Shown: positions 20,268 through 31,390 of the stretch, piece by piece
Layout: each line of letters opens with the position of its first letter
Numbering within the stretch: position 1 is the stretch's first letter
Assembly: GCA_963758915.1 (NCBI GenBank)
Contig: CAVWXH010000003.1
Location: 96,001 to 160,000, forward strand
Length of the DNA stretch: 64,000 nucleotides
Direction of reading: 5' to 3'
Source: an uncultured Methanomicrobiales archaeon
GTDB taxonomy: Archaea > Halobacteriota > Methanomicrobia > Methanomicrobiales > Methanospirillaceae
Position numbers and translations under genes: made by a program
The notes under the pieces: generated by a model
The model's database searches: none
Told to the model about the DNA's origin: nothing
The model's input: only the letters and a program-made list of their open reading frames with translations

Positions 20268-20477
20268 ATGGCAGACGAAGGAACACCCGCGGAGGTGATC
20301 GAGGTGATCGGCTCAACCGGAATGCATGGCGAGGCGATGCAGGTAAAATGCCGGATCCTCGACGGGATCAACAAGGGTCGTATTATTACCCGCAATACAG
20401 TGGGTCCAATCCGTGAAGGCGATGTGCTGATACTCCTCGAGACCGAGCGCGAAGCAAAGAAACTATCGAGGCGGTGA
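20268..20477 (+). CDS. rps28e: 30S ribosomal protein S28e
   Basis: [36 protein letters not shown]. Confidence 0.97.
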   Translation: MADEGTPAEVIEVIGSTGMHGEAMQVKCRILDGINKGRIITRNTVGPIREGDVLILLETEREAKKLSRR

Positions 20478-20483
20478 GCAGAA

Positions 20484-20675
20484 ATGGTTGAGATGCGCAA
20501 CTGCTCATTCTGTGGCGGAGCAGTAGAACCCGGTACCGGGAAACTCTTTGTCAGGAAAGACGGGAGCCTGTTTTACTTCTGCAGCACAAAATGCCAGAAG
20601 AATTACAAGATAGGCCGCGTGGCCCGTAAAGTTGCATGGACTGCAGCCGGCCGCAAGGCACTGGGAAAGGAGTGA
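20484..20675 (+). CDS. rpl24e: 50S ribosomal protein L24e
   Basis: CSFCG..VEPGTG.LFVRKDG....FCSTKC. Confidence 0.96.
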   Translation: MVEMRNCSFCGGAVEPGTGKLFVRKDGSLFYFCSTKCQKNYKIGRVARKVAWTAAGRKALGKE

Positions 20676-20681
20676 GCTGGT

Positions 20682-21131
20682 TTGGAGCGCACCTTTGTAA
20701 TGGTCAAGCCTGACGGGGTCCATAGAGGACTTATTGGTGAGGCGGTCGGACGGCTTGAATCCAAGGGCCTGAAGCTCGTGGCTGCACGCTTCGAGCTGAT
20801 GCCTGACAAATGTGTGATTGAGCAGTACAAAGAACACCAGCAGAAACCGTTCTTTAATTCGCTTAAAAAGTATATCATGAGCGGGCCAGTGTTTCTCATG
20901 GTCTGGGAAGGAAAGAATGCCGTAAAGATCGTGCGTACCGTAATCGGCGCCACGAACCCGGCAGAGGCAGCTCCAGGAACAATCCGCGGGGATTTTGGCC
21001 TTGATATCGGAAGAAATGTTATCCACGCTTCTGACTCGGTTGAGAGTGCAAACCGCGAGACTGCTATCCACTTCACCGCAGATAATCTCGTCAGTTACAC
21101 CCGGATTGACGAAACGGTCCTCTACGAGTGA
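20682..21131 (+). CDS. ndk: Nucleoside diphosphate kinase
   Basis: [20 protein letters not shown] and NVIHASDS. Confidence 0.97.
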   Translation: MERTFVMVKPDGVHRGLIGEAVGRLESKGLKLVAARFELMPDKCVIEQYKEHQQKPFFNSLKKYIMSGPVFLMVWEGKNAVKIVRTVIGATNPAEAAPGTIRGDFGLDIGRNVIHASDSVESANRETAIHFTADNLVSYTRIDETVLYE

Positions 21132-21144
21132 CTGGGCGGGACCC

Positions 21145-21170
21145 GGTCATTTTTTGATCCTTTTTTAAAA
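21145..21170 (+). terminator. Oligo-T archaeal terminator candidate after ndk
   Basis: CATTTTTTGATCCTTTTTT just downstream of the stop codon. Confidence 0.45.
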
Positions 21171-21298
21171 AAGCAATACTCTTATCAGATAAGCGCTAAC
21201 CAACGCGTATATCAGGGGAGATTATCAGGTCCCTTCCATTCAGGATATCATATTCGGGGCCCTAGAAATATAGAGAAAACCCTGGGAGGGATGGTATC

Positions 21299-22114
21299 AT
21301 GGTAGTAAGGATTGCCATTGCACAGGTCACACCGGTATGGGAAGACCCAGGCGCGACACTTCGCAAGGTTGAACCGTTTATTGCGAAGGCCGCGGCGGAT
21401 GGTGCATCAATTATCTGTTTCCCTGAACAGTTCGCGACAGGCTGGGACCCGGGCTCTGTATCCAATGCACAACCGGCTGATGGTGAGATTTTTCATACGC
21501 TGTCAGGGTATGCAAAAAAGCATGATATCGCAGTGCTTGGCTCACTCCGCCTGCAGGAGAAGGGCAAGTTATTCAATGCCTGTATCGTTGCAGGTAGAGA
21601 TGGGACGCTCATGACCAGTTACCGGAAAGTCCACCTGTTTTCACCCCTCATGGAAGGGGCAGGTTACCACCCGGGAGAGAACGTTGCAATGTTCCATCTC
21701 GGGGGTATGACCTTCGGGGTGGCAATCTGTTATGATCTCCGGTTCTCCCCGTTATTCCATGTCTATGCGGCGGCCGGGGCAGAATGTATGCTTGTACCGT
21801 CAGCCTGGCCGGCCTCACGGATGGACGCGTGGGAGCTCTTCATCAGGACCCGGGCCATGGAAAACCAGATATTTGTTGCCGGAATTAATACGATCGGGAT
21901 CACCCCTGTTGACCGGTATTCAGGAGAATCGATTGTTGCCGGACCGCTGGGGACCATCATCAGCCGGGCACCTGACTGTGAGGGAATTACCTTCACAGAC
22001 CTCGATCCTGACGCAATCAGACATGCCCGCCAGGCAATGCATGTAGAGGAGGACCGGCAGACCGGGCTCTATCACGACATGGCAAGGGCAGCAAAAAAGA
22101 ATGACGGTATATAA
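21299..22114 (+). CDS. Carbon-nitrogen hydrolase (nitrilase/omega-amidase family)
   Basis: FPE, YRKVHLF, ICYDLRF and RAMENQ (E-K-C triad). Confidence 0.9.
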   Translation: MVVRIAIAQVTPVWEDPGATLRKVEPFIAKAAADGASIICFPEQFATGWDPGSVSNAQPADGEIFHTLSGYAKKHDIAVLGSLRLQEKGKLFNACIVAGRDGTLMTSYRKVHLFSPLMEGAGYHPGENVAMFHLGGMTFGVAICYDLRFSPLFHVYAAAGAECMLVPSAWPASRMDAWELFIRTRAMENQIFVAGINTIGITPVDRYSGESIVAGPLGTIISRAPDCEGITFTDLDPDAIRHARQAMHVEEDRQTGLYHDMARAAKKNDGI

Positions 22115-22138
22115 GACCGCCACGAGGGGGGGCCCTGT

Positions 22139-22567
22139 GTGAAAACGGAGAGGATTAAGGTCCTTTTTATCTGTTCCCGGAACGCAGGGAGGTCCCAGAT
22201 GGCCGAAGGGTACCTTAATACACGGTATGGTGACCGCTATGATGCCAGGAGCGCAGGGTTTCGTACCAGTTCCCTAAACCCAATCACGGTCCGTGTTATG
22301 GCGGAGATCGGGGTTGACACGGGGACACACTATTCAAAGACCTATAGGGAATTCAGTGATGAAACATTCGGGTATATTGTAATCCTAACAGAATACCCCA
22401 ATGATGATCTGGAGCTTCCGGAAGCAACAACCTGTATCCACAGACCATTTGCAGACCCGGGGCCTTATTACGGAAATGAGGAAGAAATACTAGGCAGGTT
22501 CCGGGCTGTCAGGGACGATCTTATGGAATGGATTGACGGGTACTTCGGTCGAGGAGATAACCCGTAA
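22139..22567 (+). CDS. Low-molecular-weight phosphatase / arsenate reductase family protein
   Basis: VLFICSRNAGRSQMAEG P-loop and DP motif. Confidence 0.85.
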   Translation: MKTERIKVLFICSRNAGRSQMAEGYLNTRYGDRYDARSAGFRTSSLNPITVRVMAEIGVDTGTHYSKTYREFSDETFGYIVILTEYPNDDLELPEATTCIHRPFADPGPYYGNEEEILGRFRAVRDDLMEWIDGYFGRGDNP

Positions 22568-22828
22568 TCGTCGGGCAGGCAGGTCGCAGGTGCTACTCCC
22601 AGGGACGCTTGAGATCAGACAGATGGCTGGCAGACAGTGTTTCGCTGTAATCGTCCTCCTGGTTTTTATAGCAGCATTTGTCGGCTGCCTGGTACCGTCC
22701 ATGCAGGGTGAAAAACTTCGGCTTCGTAATGCAGGAGCACTATAAAAACCGCCAGATAAACGCATTCCGGCTGTTAAGGGACTGCGGAGAACCTTGCCTA
22801 TATCTACCCGGAAGACCCATTTCTGTAT

Positions 22829-24034
22829 ATGTACCGTCTCGTGTGCGTCCATTGCAAAGAGACCTATGCACCCGACGAGATCATCTATAACTGCCGGCGG
22901 TGCGGTCACCTGCTCGCAGTACAGTATGACCTTGACAATATTCCAGTTTCGAGATCAGAATGGAACAAGCGGCCGCTCTCGGTCTGGCGTTACCGTGAGA
23001 TCCTTCCGGTAACAATCGACCCGGTCACGCTGTATGAGGGTGGGACCCCGCTCTACCATTTAAAGACAATCGGCAAGGAGCTCGGGCTCCCCGAGCTCTA
23101 TGCAAAACATGAAGGCATGAACCCGTCCGGCTCGTTTAAGGACCGGGGGATGACGGTCGGTGTCTCCATGGCACTGCAGCTCAAAAAGACCCATGTTGCC
23201 TGCGCAAGCACGGGGAATACTTCGGCGAGCCTTGCCGTATACGCGGCAAAAGCCGGCATCCCGGCAGTCGTGCTCCTCCCTGCCGGGAAGGTAGCCCTTG
23301 GAAAAATTGCACAGGCCCTGATGCACGGCGCCAACGTGATCTCAGTCCGGGGGAATTTTGACAAGGCACTTGAGATGGTCCACGACCTCTGCCTGTCTCA
23401 TGGACTCTACCTGCTGAACTCTGTCAACCCGTACCGGCTGGAAGGCCAGAAAACAATCGGTTTTGAAGCGATTGACCAGCTTGGCGGCGTACCAGACCGG
23501 ATTGTACTGCCTGTCGGAAATGCAGGAAATATATCGGCAGTCCATAAAGGACTCAACGAGCTTATTGAACTTGGTTTCATCGACCGCCTCCCCATGATGA
23601 CCGGTATCCAGGCAGCGGGCTCCGCACCCGTGGTCGATGCCATACAAAACAACCTTCCTGAAGTGGTCCCTGAAAAGAACCCGGAGACCGTGGCCACTGC
23701 CATCCGTATCGGCGCACCGGTCAATGCAGAGAAAGCCCTGACAGCAATACGGAAAACTGGCGGGACTGCTATAGCTGTCACCGACGCGGAGATCCTCAAA
23801 ATGCAGCGCGACCTCGCCCGGATGGAGGGGATTGGTGTCGAACCTGCATCGGCAGCATCGGTGGCCGGGGTCCGTCGCCTTGTAGAGGACGGCGTTATTG
23901 ACCGGAACGAACGAATTGTCTGCGTGGTTACAGGTCACCTCTTAAAAGACCCGGAAACGGTGATAAAACAATGCGAGCCCCCTATCGAGATAGACGCGGA
24001 CCTTGCGTCTCTCTGCTCTGCCTTGCGATTGTAA
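22829..24034 (+). CDS. thrC: Threonine synthase
   Basis: NPSGSFKDRG, CASTGNTSAS, NSVNPYRLEGQKT and PVGNAGN. Confidence 0.95.
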   Translation: MYRLVCVHCKETYAPDEIIYNCRRCGHLLAVQYDLDNIPVSRSEWNKRPLSVWRYREILPVTIDPVTLYEGGTPLYHLKTIGKELGLPELYAKHEGMNPSGSFKDRGMTVGVSMALQLKKTHVACASTGNTSASLAVYAAKAGIPAVVLLPAGKVALGKIAQALMHGANVISVRGNFDKALEMVHDLCLSHGLYLLNSVNPYRLEGQKTIGFEAIDQLGGVPDRIVLPVGNAGNISAVHKGLNELIELGFIDRLPMMTGIQAAGSAPVVDAIQNNLPEVVPEKNPETVATAIRIGAPVNAEKALTAIRKTGGTAIAVTDAEILKMQRDLARMEGIGVEPASAASVAGVRRLVEDGVIDRNERIVCVVTGHLLKDPETVIKQCEPPIEIDADLASLCSALRL

Positions 24035-24603
24035 GCCTGCTGGCAGTGGCCATTGTGGCACCGGTACAGGGCCTTTCCATAGAGTACCGGGTCCTTCCTA
24101 ACGGGACGGCCTACAATGGGACAGTCCAGGTGGAGAAGAGCACGGGTTACCAGTTTTACGAGACCGGGGCGATGGGAGAACGCCTGCCTGTGAAGGTGAC
24201 CAACATCTCACTTAGCGGGGAATGTTCCCCCTGCACCTACAACCTCTCCGGTGATTCGGGGATTTCGTACCCGGAAGGGAATTACACGATCTCCTACCAG
24301 GGACCGGTACGGGAAAACCATATTATCACCTCGTACGAAAAGCCCTACAATGTAAGCGTAATCCTGCCATGGGGGCTTGATGTACGGAACCAGTTCCTCG
24401 GCGTTGTGAGTCCCGGCGGAGAGATTACAGCGATAAATAATACATCTGTGAATGTGAACTGGACCGGTGTAAGATCAGTGGAACTGCGATTTTATGACCA
24501 GAGCAGGGAGTCTTTACTTTACATGTTTGCAAATTTCTGGTTCATCATCGCATTCGTCCTCCTGACACCGTTCCTCATCACGATGAGAAGGAAACAGAAA
24601 TGA
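23971..24603 (+). CDS. DUF5803-like membrane-anchored secreted protein
   Basis: Signal peptide, beta-rich body with N-glycosylation sequons, LGVVSPGG, LRFY and a C-terminal TM. Confidence 0.65.
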   Translation: MRAPYRDRRGPCVSLLCLAIVSLLAVAIVAPVQGLSIEYRVLPNGTAYNGTVQVEKSTGYQFYETGAMGERLPVKVTNISLSGECSPCTYNLSGDSGISYPEGNYTISYQGPVRENHIITSYEKPYNVSVILPWGLDVRNQFLGVVSPGGEITAINNTSVNVNWTGVRSVELRFYDQSRESLLYMFANFWFIIAFVLLTPFLITMRRKQK

Positions 24604-24753
24604 TGGAACAGGCTGGATCCCGTTACCTTCGGATTCGTGCGAAAGAATGGTTAAAATCCATTAATCCGTTTTAATCTATGCTTTTTTACATCAGATGCCA
24701 GGATATCCGATATTGAACCCCCAACTAAAAAATTCATAAGATCTCAACAGCAG

Positions 24754-25011
24754 ACTCTGTTGACATCCTGCATGATGAGAGAAAAAGCGGAAGCGTAGAA
24801 ATCTTGGGGTCCCCCCTTCTCTGTTACACCCCCGTAAAGGTATCCTTTGGGCAGGGTTCACCACAAGGGTTTCTGAATAAATCAGACATTACAAATAACG
24901 GTCCCTCACCCTACCGGTGTCGCCAAAGCGGCGGGGCGAAGCCCCGGAGGCGTAATTGAATTTCAGAATAAACCAAATCAAAATCAACATATTTAAAGAT
25001 GGCAACAGAGC
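24754..25011 (-). mobile_element. Long (258 bp) TIR-bounded MITE-like element, copy M2
   Basis: ACTCTGTTGA...CAACAGAGC ends; interior is the reverse complement of the interiors of 60542-60798 and 62397-62651 (GGGGC-loop-GCCCCGCCGC, AACCCTGCCC.AAG.ATA). Confidence 0.7.
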
Positions 25012-25088
25012 GTGCAATTAGCCCCTCGGCTCATAAATGAGCATGAAACGGATGGCCTTTTTGATTGTTACCGGAGTTTTTCCCAACC
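25012..25088 (+). repeat. Dispersed module 'A', copy 2
   Basis: GTGCAATTAGCCCCTCGGCTCATAAATGAGCATGAAA...CCGGAGTTTTTC. Confidence 0.7.
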
Positions 25089-25127
25089 TGAAAAAATGAA
25101 AAAAATGAAACGTCCCTTCCCGCCAAC

Positions 25128-26039
25128 CTACGGTGCTGCAGGGTCAGGTTTATTTTTTAATTTCAGGTCGGTACCATATTTTTCTGCATTTTTATCGGCA
25201 ATCGCCTGGATTTTTGCGATCTCTTCGGTATTTACCTTTGGTTTGAACAGGTGACGGAAGCGCTTCTGCTCTTTTAAGTAGTTCTCAACGGGTTTCCGGA
25301 CCACTTTCTTGACACGTGTGACCATCCCGTCCTCCATCTCGAAATTCACCCAGAGCCCGGTCTCAATTGCAAGTTTTCCAATTGCAAGGGTTTTTTCACC
25401 CTCGAATCCCCATCCGGTACAGCAGGGTGCGTGGATCTGCACGTAACACGGGCCCGGCGTATTTATTGCCTTCTCGATTTTCTTGACTACATCGGAGGGA
25501 TACGCAATTGAAGCCGTCGCGACATACGGGGCACCGTGGGCTGCAAGGATCTGTGGGAGGTCCTTTTTCTGCCTGGCATTCCCCATCGAACACTTACCGG
25601 CAGGGCTCGTTGTTGTACTCGCATCATAGGGTGTTGCCCCTGACCGCTGGATACCGGTGTTCATGTATGCCTCGTTATCGTAGCAGATGTAGGTGAAATC
25701 ATGGCCACGTTCAAATGCTCCACTCAGGCAGAGCATCCCGATATCGAAGGTCGAACCATCGCCCCCGATTGCAACTACTTTCTCTGTTCTCCCCTGTTTC
25801 TTCAGCGATGCGCAAATCCCTGATGCGACCGCAGAATTGTTCTCAAAGAGGGAGTGGATCCATGGAACTTTCCACGCCGTTTCAGGATACGGGGTTGAAA
25901 AAACTTCCATGCAACCGGTTGCCGATACGATAATCGCATCCTTTCCGGTCGCCTTGAGGATCAGCCTCGAGACGAGCGCTGCACCACAACCGCCACATGC
26001 CCGGTGACCACAGTCGAACAGCTCACAGGTCTCGGCCAT
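25128..26039 (-). CDS. porB: Pyruvate:ferredoxin oxidoreductase beta subunit
   Basis: [12 protein letters not shown] motif GGDG..DIG...[14 protein letters not shown]. Confidence 0.93.
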   Translation of the reverse strand: MAETCELFDCGHRACGGCGAALVSRLILKATGKDAIIVSATGCMEVFSTPYPETAWKVPWIHSLFENNSAVASGICASLKKQGRTEKVVAIGGDGSTFDIGMLCLSGAFERGHDFTYICYDNEAYMNTGIQRSGATPYDASTTTSPAGKCSMGNARQKKDLPQILAAHGAPYVATASIAYPSDVVKKIEKAINTPGPCYVQIHAPCCTGWGFEGEKTLAIGKLAIETGLWVNFEMEDGMVTRVKKVVRKPVENYLKEQKRFRHLFKPKVNTEEIAKIQAIADKNAEKYGTDLKLKNKPDPAAP

Positions 26040-27193
26040 CAGAGCACCTCCGTGCGAAGCCCGTAAAACTGGTCCCCTTTACCGGATTCAGCAAGTGAGA
26101 CAATATTTTTGACATCTGATATCCTGACATCACGTCCTCCAAGACCAAGGATATAGCCCAGTACAGGTATGGTCTTTCCATACAGTGCATCTTTTACTTC
26201 TATTGCAACGGCCCCCTTTGCACCAATGGAGATATTCTTATCAAGAACGGCAACTCTTTTGACATGGGACAGGGCGGCTCTTATCTCTTCTGCAGGAAAA
26301 GGCCTGAAGCACCTGATTTTCAGGAGGCCGACCTTTTTACCCGCTGTCCGCATCTCGTCGATAGCGTCCTTGACAGTCCCGCAGAGGGAACCCATCGCGA
26401 TGATGGCAGTGTCTGCATCTTCAAGCCGGTAGCTTTCGACCAGCGCCGAATAATCCCTGCCAAACATCTCCCCGAATTCCTTTCCTGCCTTATGAATAGC
26501 ATTTTTCGCACGCTTCATCGCCTGGTCGTGTTCGTACCTGAACTCGAGGTAATATTCCGGTGTTGCATACATGCCGAAACTGATAGGATCAGCCGCGTCA
26601 AGCTTCTGGGCGGGTTTATATGGTGGCAGGAATCTGTCTACGTCCTCCTGGGAGAGCATATCAACCGGTTCATACGTGTGGGAGAGGATAAACCCGTCAA
26701 AGCAGACAAATGCCGGTAACAGGACTTCCGGGTTTTCCGCGACCCGGTAAGCGATATAGTGGAGTTCGGTCGCCTCCTGGTTGTCCTCCGCGTAGAACTG
26801 GAGCCACCCGCAGTCACGAAGGGCAATCGAGTCCTGCTGATCGTTCCAGATAGAAAGCGGTGCGCCGAGTGCGCGGTTTGCAATGGTCATCACAACGGGA
26901 AGACGCATTCCGGATACGTTGAAACAGACCTCAAACATCAGGGCAAGGCCCTGTGAGGTAGTCGCCGAATAGGTCCTCGATCCTGCCGCACTTGCTCCAA
27001 GGCAGGCAGAGAGCGCTGAAAACTCGCTCTCGACCGTAATATATTCCGCGTCCAGTTCGCAGTCTGCAACCATATCTGCCAGTGTTTCGACAATATGAGT
27101 CTGAGGGGTAATCGGGTAGGCTGCAATCACCTGCGGGCGGGACATTTTCACCGCTTTGGCAACCGCATGTGAGCCTTCTGTGATCTCGAGCAT
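26039..27193 (-). CDS. porA: Pyruvate:ferredoxin oxidoreductase alpha subunit
   Basis: [16 protein letters not shown] and ATTSQGL. Confidence 0.93.
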   Translation of the reverse strand: MLEITEGSHAVAKAVKMSRPQVIAAYPITPQTHIVETLADMVADCELDAEYITVESEFSALSACLGASAAGSRTYSATTSQGLALMFEVCFNVSGMRLPVVMTIANRALGAPLSIWNDQQDSIALRDCGWLQFYAEDNQEATELHYIAYRVAENPEVLLPAFVCFDGFILSHTYEPVDMLSQEDVDRFLPPYKPAQKLDAADPISFGMYATPEYYLEFRYEHDQAMKRAKNAIHKAGKEFGEMFGRDYSALVESYRLEDADTAIIAMGSLCGTVKDAIDEMRTAGKKVGLLKIRCFRPFPAEEIRAALSHVKRVAVLDKNISIGAKGAVAIEVKDALYGKTIPVLGYILGLGGRDVRISDVKNIVSLAESGKGDQFYGLRTEVL

Positions 27194-27454
27194 CTACTTC
27201 TCCTCCTGTTCCATGGTGATCGCATCTGACGGGCATTCCTCTGCACAAAGGCCGCAACCTTTGCAGTAGGACTCGTTGGGGATGAAAAATTCATCCTCTG
27301 ATTCCTCGATACAGCCTTCGGGGCAGATGGTTTTGCACATCCCGCATTTTGTGCATTTATCGTGGTCGAATTTCGGCTTGAAAACACGCCATGAGCCTGT
27401 TTTATTATTCGGTGCCTTCCCCGGGCGGGAAGAACAGCCTAATCCCAGCGCCAT
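27194..27454 (-). CDS. porD: Pyruvate:ferredoxin oxidoreductase delta subunit
   Basis: NKTGSWRVFKP plus two [4Fe-4S] motifs. Confidence 0.93.
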   Translation of the reverse strand: MALGLGCSSRPGKAPNNKTGSWRVFKPKFDHDKCTKCGMCKTICPEGCIEESEDEFFIPNESYCKGCGLCAEECPSDAITMEQEEK

Positions 27455-28009
27455 TCAGGCACCCCCTTTCACGATCTCGTATGCCTTCTTTGCGGCCATG
27501 ATATTTTTGTCTGCAAGTTCACCCTTGAACCGGTGCCGGAGTGCATTTTCCAGGGCTGAAAACTTTATTTCCCCTGTCGCTGCAGCAAATGCACCCATCA
27601 GCGTTGTATTGGTAATAGGGAGGCCGAGTACCTCAAGTGCAATTGAAGTCGCGTCAATCGTGATCAGCTTTACCCCGGCGGGTACACTGGCATCGACCTT
27701 TTTCCCCGAATTAACAATCACAACGCCCCCGGGCTTAACTCCCAAAAAGACATTGACATCCCTGATCAGCGTGCTGTCCTGCACGATAATGTAATCAGGT
27801 TCATATACCTGGCTCCGCAGCCTGATCGTGTGATCATTGAACCGCACGAATGCCTGGACCGGTGCGCCACGACGTTCTACCCCGAATGCGGGGAACGCCT
27901 GGGCATACACGCCCCCTTCAAATGCAGCAACTGCAATCAGTTCGGCGGCAGTGACCGAGCCCTGTCCACCCCTGCCATGAATACGCAGCTCTCTCAAAGA
28001 AAATCCCAC
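27455..28009 (-). CDS. porG: Pyruvate:ferredoxin oxidoreductase gamma subunit
   Basis: RIHGRGGQG and FGVERRGAPV. Confidence 0.93.
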   Translation of the reverse strand: MGFSLRELRIHGRGGQGSVTAAELIAVAAFEGGVYAQAFPAFGVERRGAPVQAFVRFNDHTIRLRSQVYEPDYIIVQDSTLIRDVNVFLGVKPGGVVIVNSGKKVDASVPAGVKLITIDATSIALEVLGLPITNTTLMGAFAAATGEIKFSALENALRHRFKGELADKNIMAAKKAYEIVKGGA

Positions 28010-28038
28010 ATAATCTTACATGATTAATCAATATAAAT

Positions 28039-28911
28039 CTACAGATCTACATCGATACCGAGAATTGATCGGCTGCCGGAAAAGACGTCTTTTGCTATCT
28101 TCGCAAGTCCACGGGACGCGCACCATTCATCATACACCGTAACCGGCCGGTTCAGCAGATTGCCCACCTCAGGCCCTATAACGGGTGCAAGACTACCGGC
28201 GAGCGCTACCTTCGCGCACGGGTTGAGAAGGAGGAGTGCAGCACATTCCATTGCAGAAAACATCGCAATGGTCAGTTCACGCTCTTCAGCTGGCATGGTG
28301 AATGCAGCGCCTGCACGCAGGAAGGATTCATTCGCACCCGCCTCACCACGGTCGATCCTCCGTATCGCATCGACGTCAAGGGCCCCGTGCTGCATCCCCG
28401 GGGCGAATATACAGGCATCAAAAGCCCCGGTCAGCCGCCCGTCCTTGACGAGCAGGGTGACCGTGTTGGAGCTCACATCAGAGACAACAACATCCGGGCC
28501 CAGGACACCCACCACATAATAGGCAATTCCAATCTTTTCGGGGCTCGCCTGGTGTGAATACGCCTTGAACCTGATATCTGTCGGTGAGCCGCGGTGGAGA
28601 CCTGGTACGGCTACTGCCGGAAGACTACTGCGCCTGATCTCATCAAAGACCCGGGTCCCCCCGCCGATATGTTCACCTGCGCCCTCGCGGCTTACAACAC
28701 CCCGGTCTTTTATTTTTGACACCGGGGTGATGCTGGAAAAATTATCCCCCATTGAATAGCTTATTGCAATTCCTTCGATCTCCTCCATGGGGCAGAGATG
28801 GTCGAGATCGGTATAAACAAAACTGGTGGCATCCTTTCTTGAGATCTTAAACTCGCAGCCGTCACCGGCAAACCTCATTGCGGTCGTACCATGGTCGATC
28901 CCGATATACAT
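28039..28911 (-). CDS. Methanogenesis marker protein 12 (UPF0285, ASKHA fold)
   Basis: MYIGIDHGTTAMRF, YSMGD, GGGTRVFD, SHQASPEK and SDVSSNTV. Confidence 0.85.
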   Translation of the reverse strand: MYIGIDHGTTAMRFAGDGCEFKISRKDATSFVYTDLDHLCPMEEIEGIAISYSMGDNFSSITPVSKIKDRGVVSREGAGEHIGGGTRVFDEIRRSSLPAVAVPGLHRGSPTDIRFKAYSHQASPEKIGIAYYVVGVLGPDVVVSDVSSNTVTLLVKDGRLTGAFDACIFAPGMQHGALDVDAIRRIDRGEAGANESFLRAGAAFTMPAEERELTIAMFSAMECAALLLLNPCAKVALAGSLAPVIGPEVGNLLNRPVTVYDEWCASRGLAKIAKDVFSGSRSILGIDVDL

Positions 28912-28949
28912 AGCAGTAATCCTATAGGCATTAGGCTCCCTATTATGTT

Positions 28950-29891
28950 ATGATGTTGTGTGTCGTTACGGGCGGGGCCGGGTTCATCGGTTCACACCTC
29001 GTGGACGCCCTGGTCGCCAGGGGCGATCGCGTGGTTGTTATCGATTCGCTGGTGAACGGTGATCGCCGGAATATTGAAGGTCATATTGAGGCAGGCCAGG
29101 TAACACTTGTCCAGGCAGACCTCCTGCGTGACGGGTGGCAGGAAGCACTGGCCGGGGTGAAAAGAGTGTACCACCTCGCTGCAGACCCGGATGTACGGCA
29201 GGGATCGCTGACACCCGACAGCCAGGTACACAATAATATCCTTGCCACCTACCGTGTGCTCGAAGCGATGCGTGCCCATGGAGTGCCGGAGGTTGTATTC
29301 ACTTCTACCTCAACGGTATACGGCGATGCTGCCGTCATACCAACACCCGAGTCCTATAACCCGCTTGAACCGGTCTCTGTGTACGGGGCAAGCAAGCTCG
29401 CCTGTGAGGCCCTTATCTCCGCATACTGCCACGGGTTTGGCATGAAAGGATGGGTCTACCGGTTTGCAAATATCATTGGGGAGCGGAGCAACCACGGTGT
29501 AATCACGGATTTTATTAAAAAACTAAAGGACCGGCCCGGGGAACTCGAGATCCTTGGTGATGGCAGGCAGACCAAATCATACCTGGAAGTGAGGGCATGC
29601 ATCAGGGCGATGCTGTTTGCTGCTGAAATGTCTGACGACCGGTTCAATATTTTCAATATCGGTTCCGAGGACTGGATTGACGTTGTGACCATTGCTGACA
29701 TCATCGTGCGTGAAATGGGCCTTTCTCAGGTGCAATACCATTTTACCGGTGGTGAACGGGGATGGGTTGGCGATGTCCCCCGGATGCAGCTGGGGGTAGC
29801 AAAACTGAAAGCACTCGGCTGGCAGCCTGATGTCGGATCTCTTGAAAGTGTAGAACTTGCTGTAAGGGCAATGCTTGGGAAAAAAGTATAG
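28950..29891 (+). CDS. NAD-dependent epimerase/dehydratase (GalE-like)
   Basis: TGGAGFIGSH, FTSTSTVYG and YGASK. Confidence 0.9.
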   Translation: MMLCVVTGGAGFIGSHLVDALVARGDRVVVIDSLVNGDRRNIEGHIEAGQVTLVQADLLRDGWQEALAGVKRVYHLAADPDVRQGSLTPDSQVHNNILATYRVLEAMRAHGVPEVVFTSTSTVYGDAAVIPTPESYNPLEPVSVYGASKLACEALISAYCHGFGMKGWVYRFANIIGERSNHGVITDFIKKLKDRPGELEILGDGRQTKSYLEVRACIRAMLFAAEMSDDRFNIFNIGSEDWIDVVTIADIIVREMGLSQVQYHFTGGERGWVGDVPRMQLGVAKLKALGWQPDVGSLESVELAVRAMLGKKV

Positions 29892-29912
29892 GAAATCAGG
29901 TGTTTTAGCGAT

Positions 29913-31064
29913 ATGAAGTATTTACTCGTCCTTGGGGATGGCATGGCCGATGAACCGCTGGCCGGACTCAGCGGTATGACACCGCTCGAATATGCGGATA
30001 CACCGAATATGGACATGATTGCACGGGAGGGGGCGTCGGGCATGCTCCGTACCATACCGGAAGGCTTTGAGCCCGGCAGCGATATCGCGAACCTTTCAGT
30101 GCTGGGCTACGATCCAAGGCGGTATTATACCGGCCGTGGCCCTCTCGAAGCGATGAGCATGGGGATCCCGCTCAGGGATGATGATGTTGCGTACCGCTGC
30201 AATATCTCAACCGTGGTTGATGGACAGATGGCAGATTTTTCTGCCGGGCATATCTCAACGAGGGAGAGCCGCGATCTGCTGGAGGCACTGGGTGAAAAGG
30301 TACCGGATGTATTCCTCAAGGAGGGGATCAGCTACAGGAACCTCCTTGTGATCAGTCATGGAAAAGGGTCGGAGACCACGCCACCTCACGACATTGTCGG
30401 GCAGGATATCAGCCCCTATCTTCCGCAAGGCGGGGACGCGGATATTCTCAGGCGCTGCATTGATGAGAGCACCAGGGTTTTTAGCACCCACCCGGTAAAC
30501 AGGGTACGAATTTCCGCGGGAAAAACTCCGGCAACACAGATATGGCCATGGAGTGGGGGAAAAAGACCTGCCCTGCCATTGTTCCAGGATAAGTACGGTA
30601 AAACCGGCGGGATGATCTCGGCTGTTGACCTCCTGAACGGGATCGCCAGGTGTGCCGGGATGGAAGTAATCCGGGTGCCGGGGGCAACCGGGTACCTCGA
30701 TACAGATTACCACGCAAAAGCCAGATACGCAATTGAGGCGCTCAGACATCTTGATTTTCTCTATCTCCACGTGGAGGCACCGGACGAGGCAGGTCACCTT
30801 GGCAGTATCGAGGAGAAAGTAACGGCAATCGAACGGGTCGATGAAATGCTAGGGATAATTATGGAAGAATTTCCCGGGGTCATTGCCATATTACCCGACC
30901 ACCCGACCCCAATCAGGTTAAAGACCCATACACGCGAACCTGTACCATTTGCAGTCAGGGGACTAAAAAAGGACAATACCGGGCGATATTCCGAGCGGGA
31001 GGCCCAGTCAGGCGTTTATGGCACTATTGATGCCATTGATCTTCTATCCCTGCTCTTTTCATGA
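29913..31064 (+). CDS. apgM: Cofactor-independent phosphoglycerate mutase (archaeal type)
   Basis: DGMAD, TPLE, GSDIANL, GRGPLEA, HVEAPDEAGH and DHPTP. Confidence 0.92.
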   Translation: MKYLLVLGDGMADEPLAGLSGMTPLEYADTPNMDMIAREGASGMLRTIPEGFEPGSDIANLSVLGYDPRRYYTGRGPLEAMSMGIPLRDDDVAYRCNISTVVDGQMADFSAGHISTRESRDLLEALGEKVPDVFLKEGISYRNLLVISHGKGSETTPPHDIVGQDISPYLPQGGDADILRRCIDESTRVFSTHPVNRVRISAGKTPATQIWPWSGGKRPALPLFQDKYGKTGGMISAVDLLNGIARCAGMEVIRVPGATGYLDTDYHAKARYAIEALRHLDFLYLHVEAPDEAGHLGSIEEKVTAIERVDEMLGIIMEEFPGVIAILPDHPTPIRLKTHTREPVPFAVRGLKKDNTGRYSEREAQSGVYGTIDAIDLLSLLFS

Positions 31065-31390
31065 TTTTCTGGTTAACGTGGCATCAGGCCCCTGCATCAT
31101 CACGAATCAGTGGGGGTAACTTTCATCATTTGCCATGCATAAAATATCCCAATTATTGCCTGATTTTTGTTTTTTATGCTGCTTTTAGCATTATTATTTC
31201 AATTTGGATTGATATAATTCAACAGAGATCTATTCATGCCAATGCGTATAAGACTTTGGTGTTTTCAGGAATTCAGCAGAATAGGTAATACCTCGGAATA
31301 GTCACAGGAAGAGCGGGCAGGAGGGGATGTACCGGGTAACAGGAACCACCGTATGAAAGGTATATCCCGCGGTATGAAAAAAACAGGATC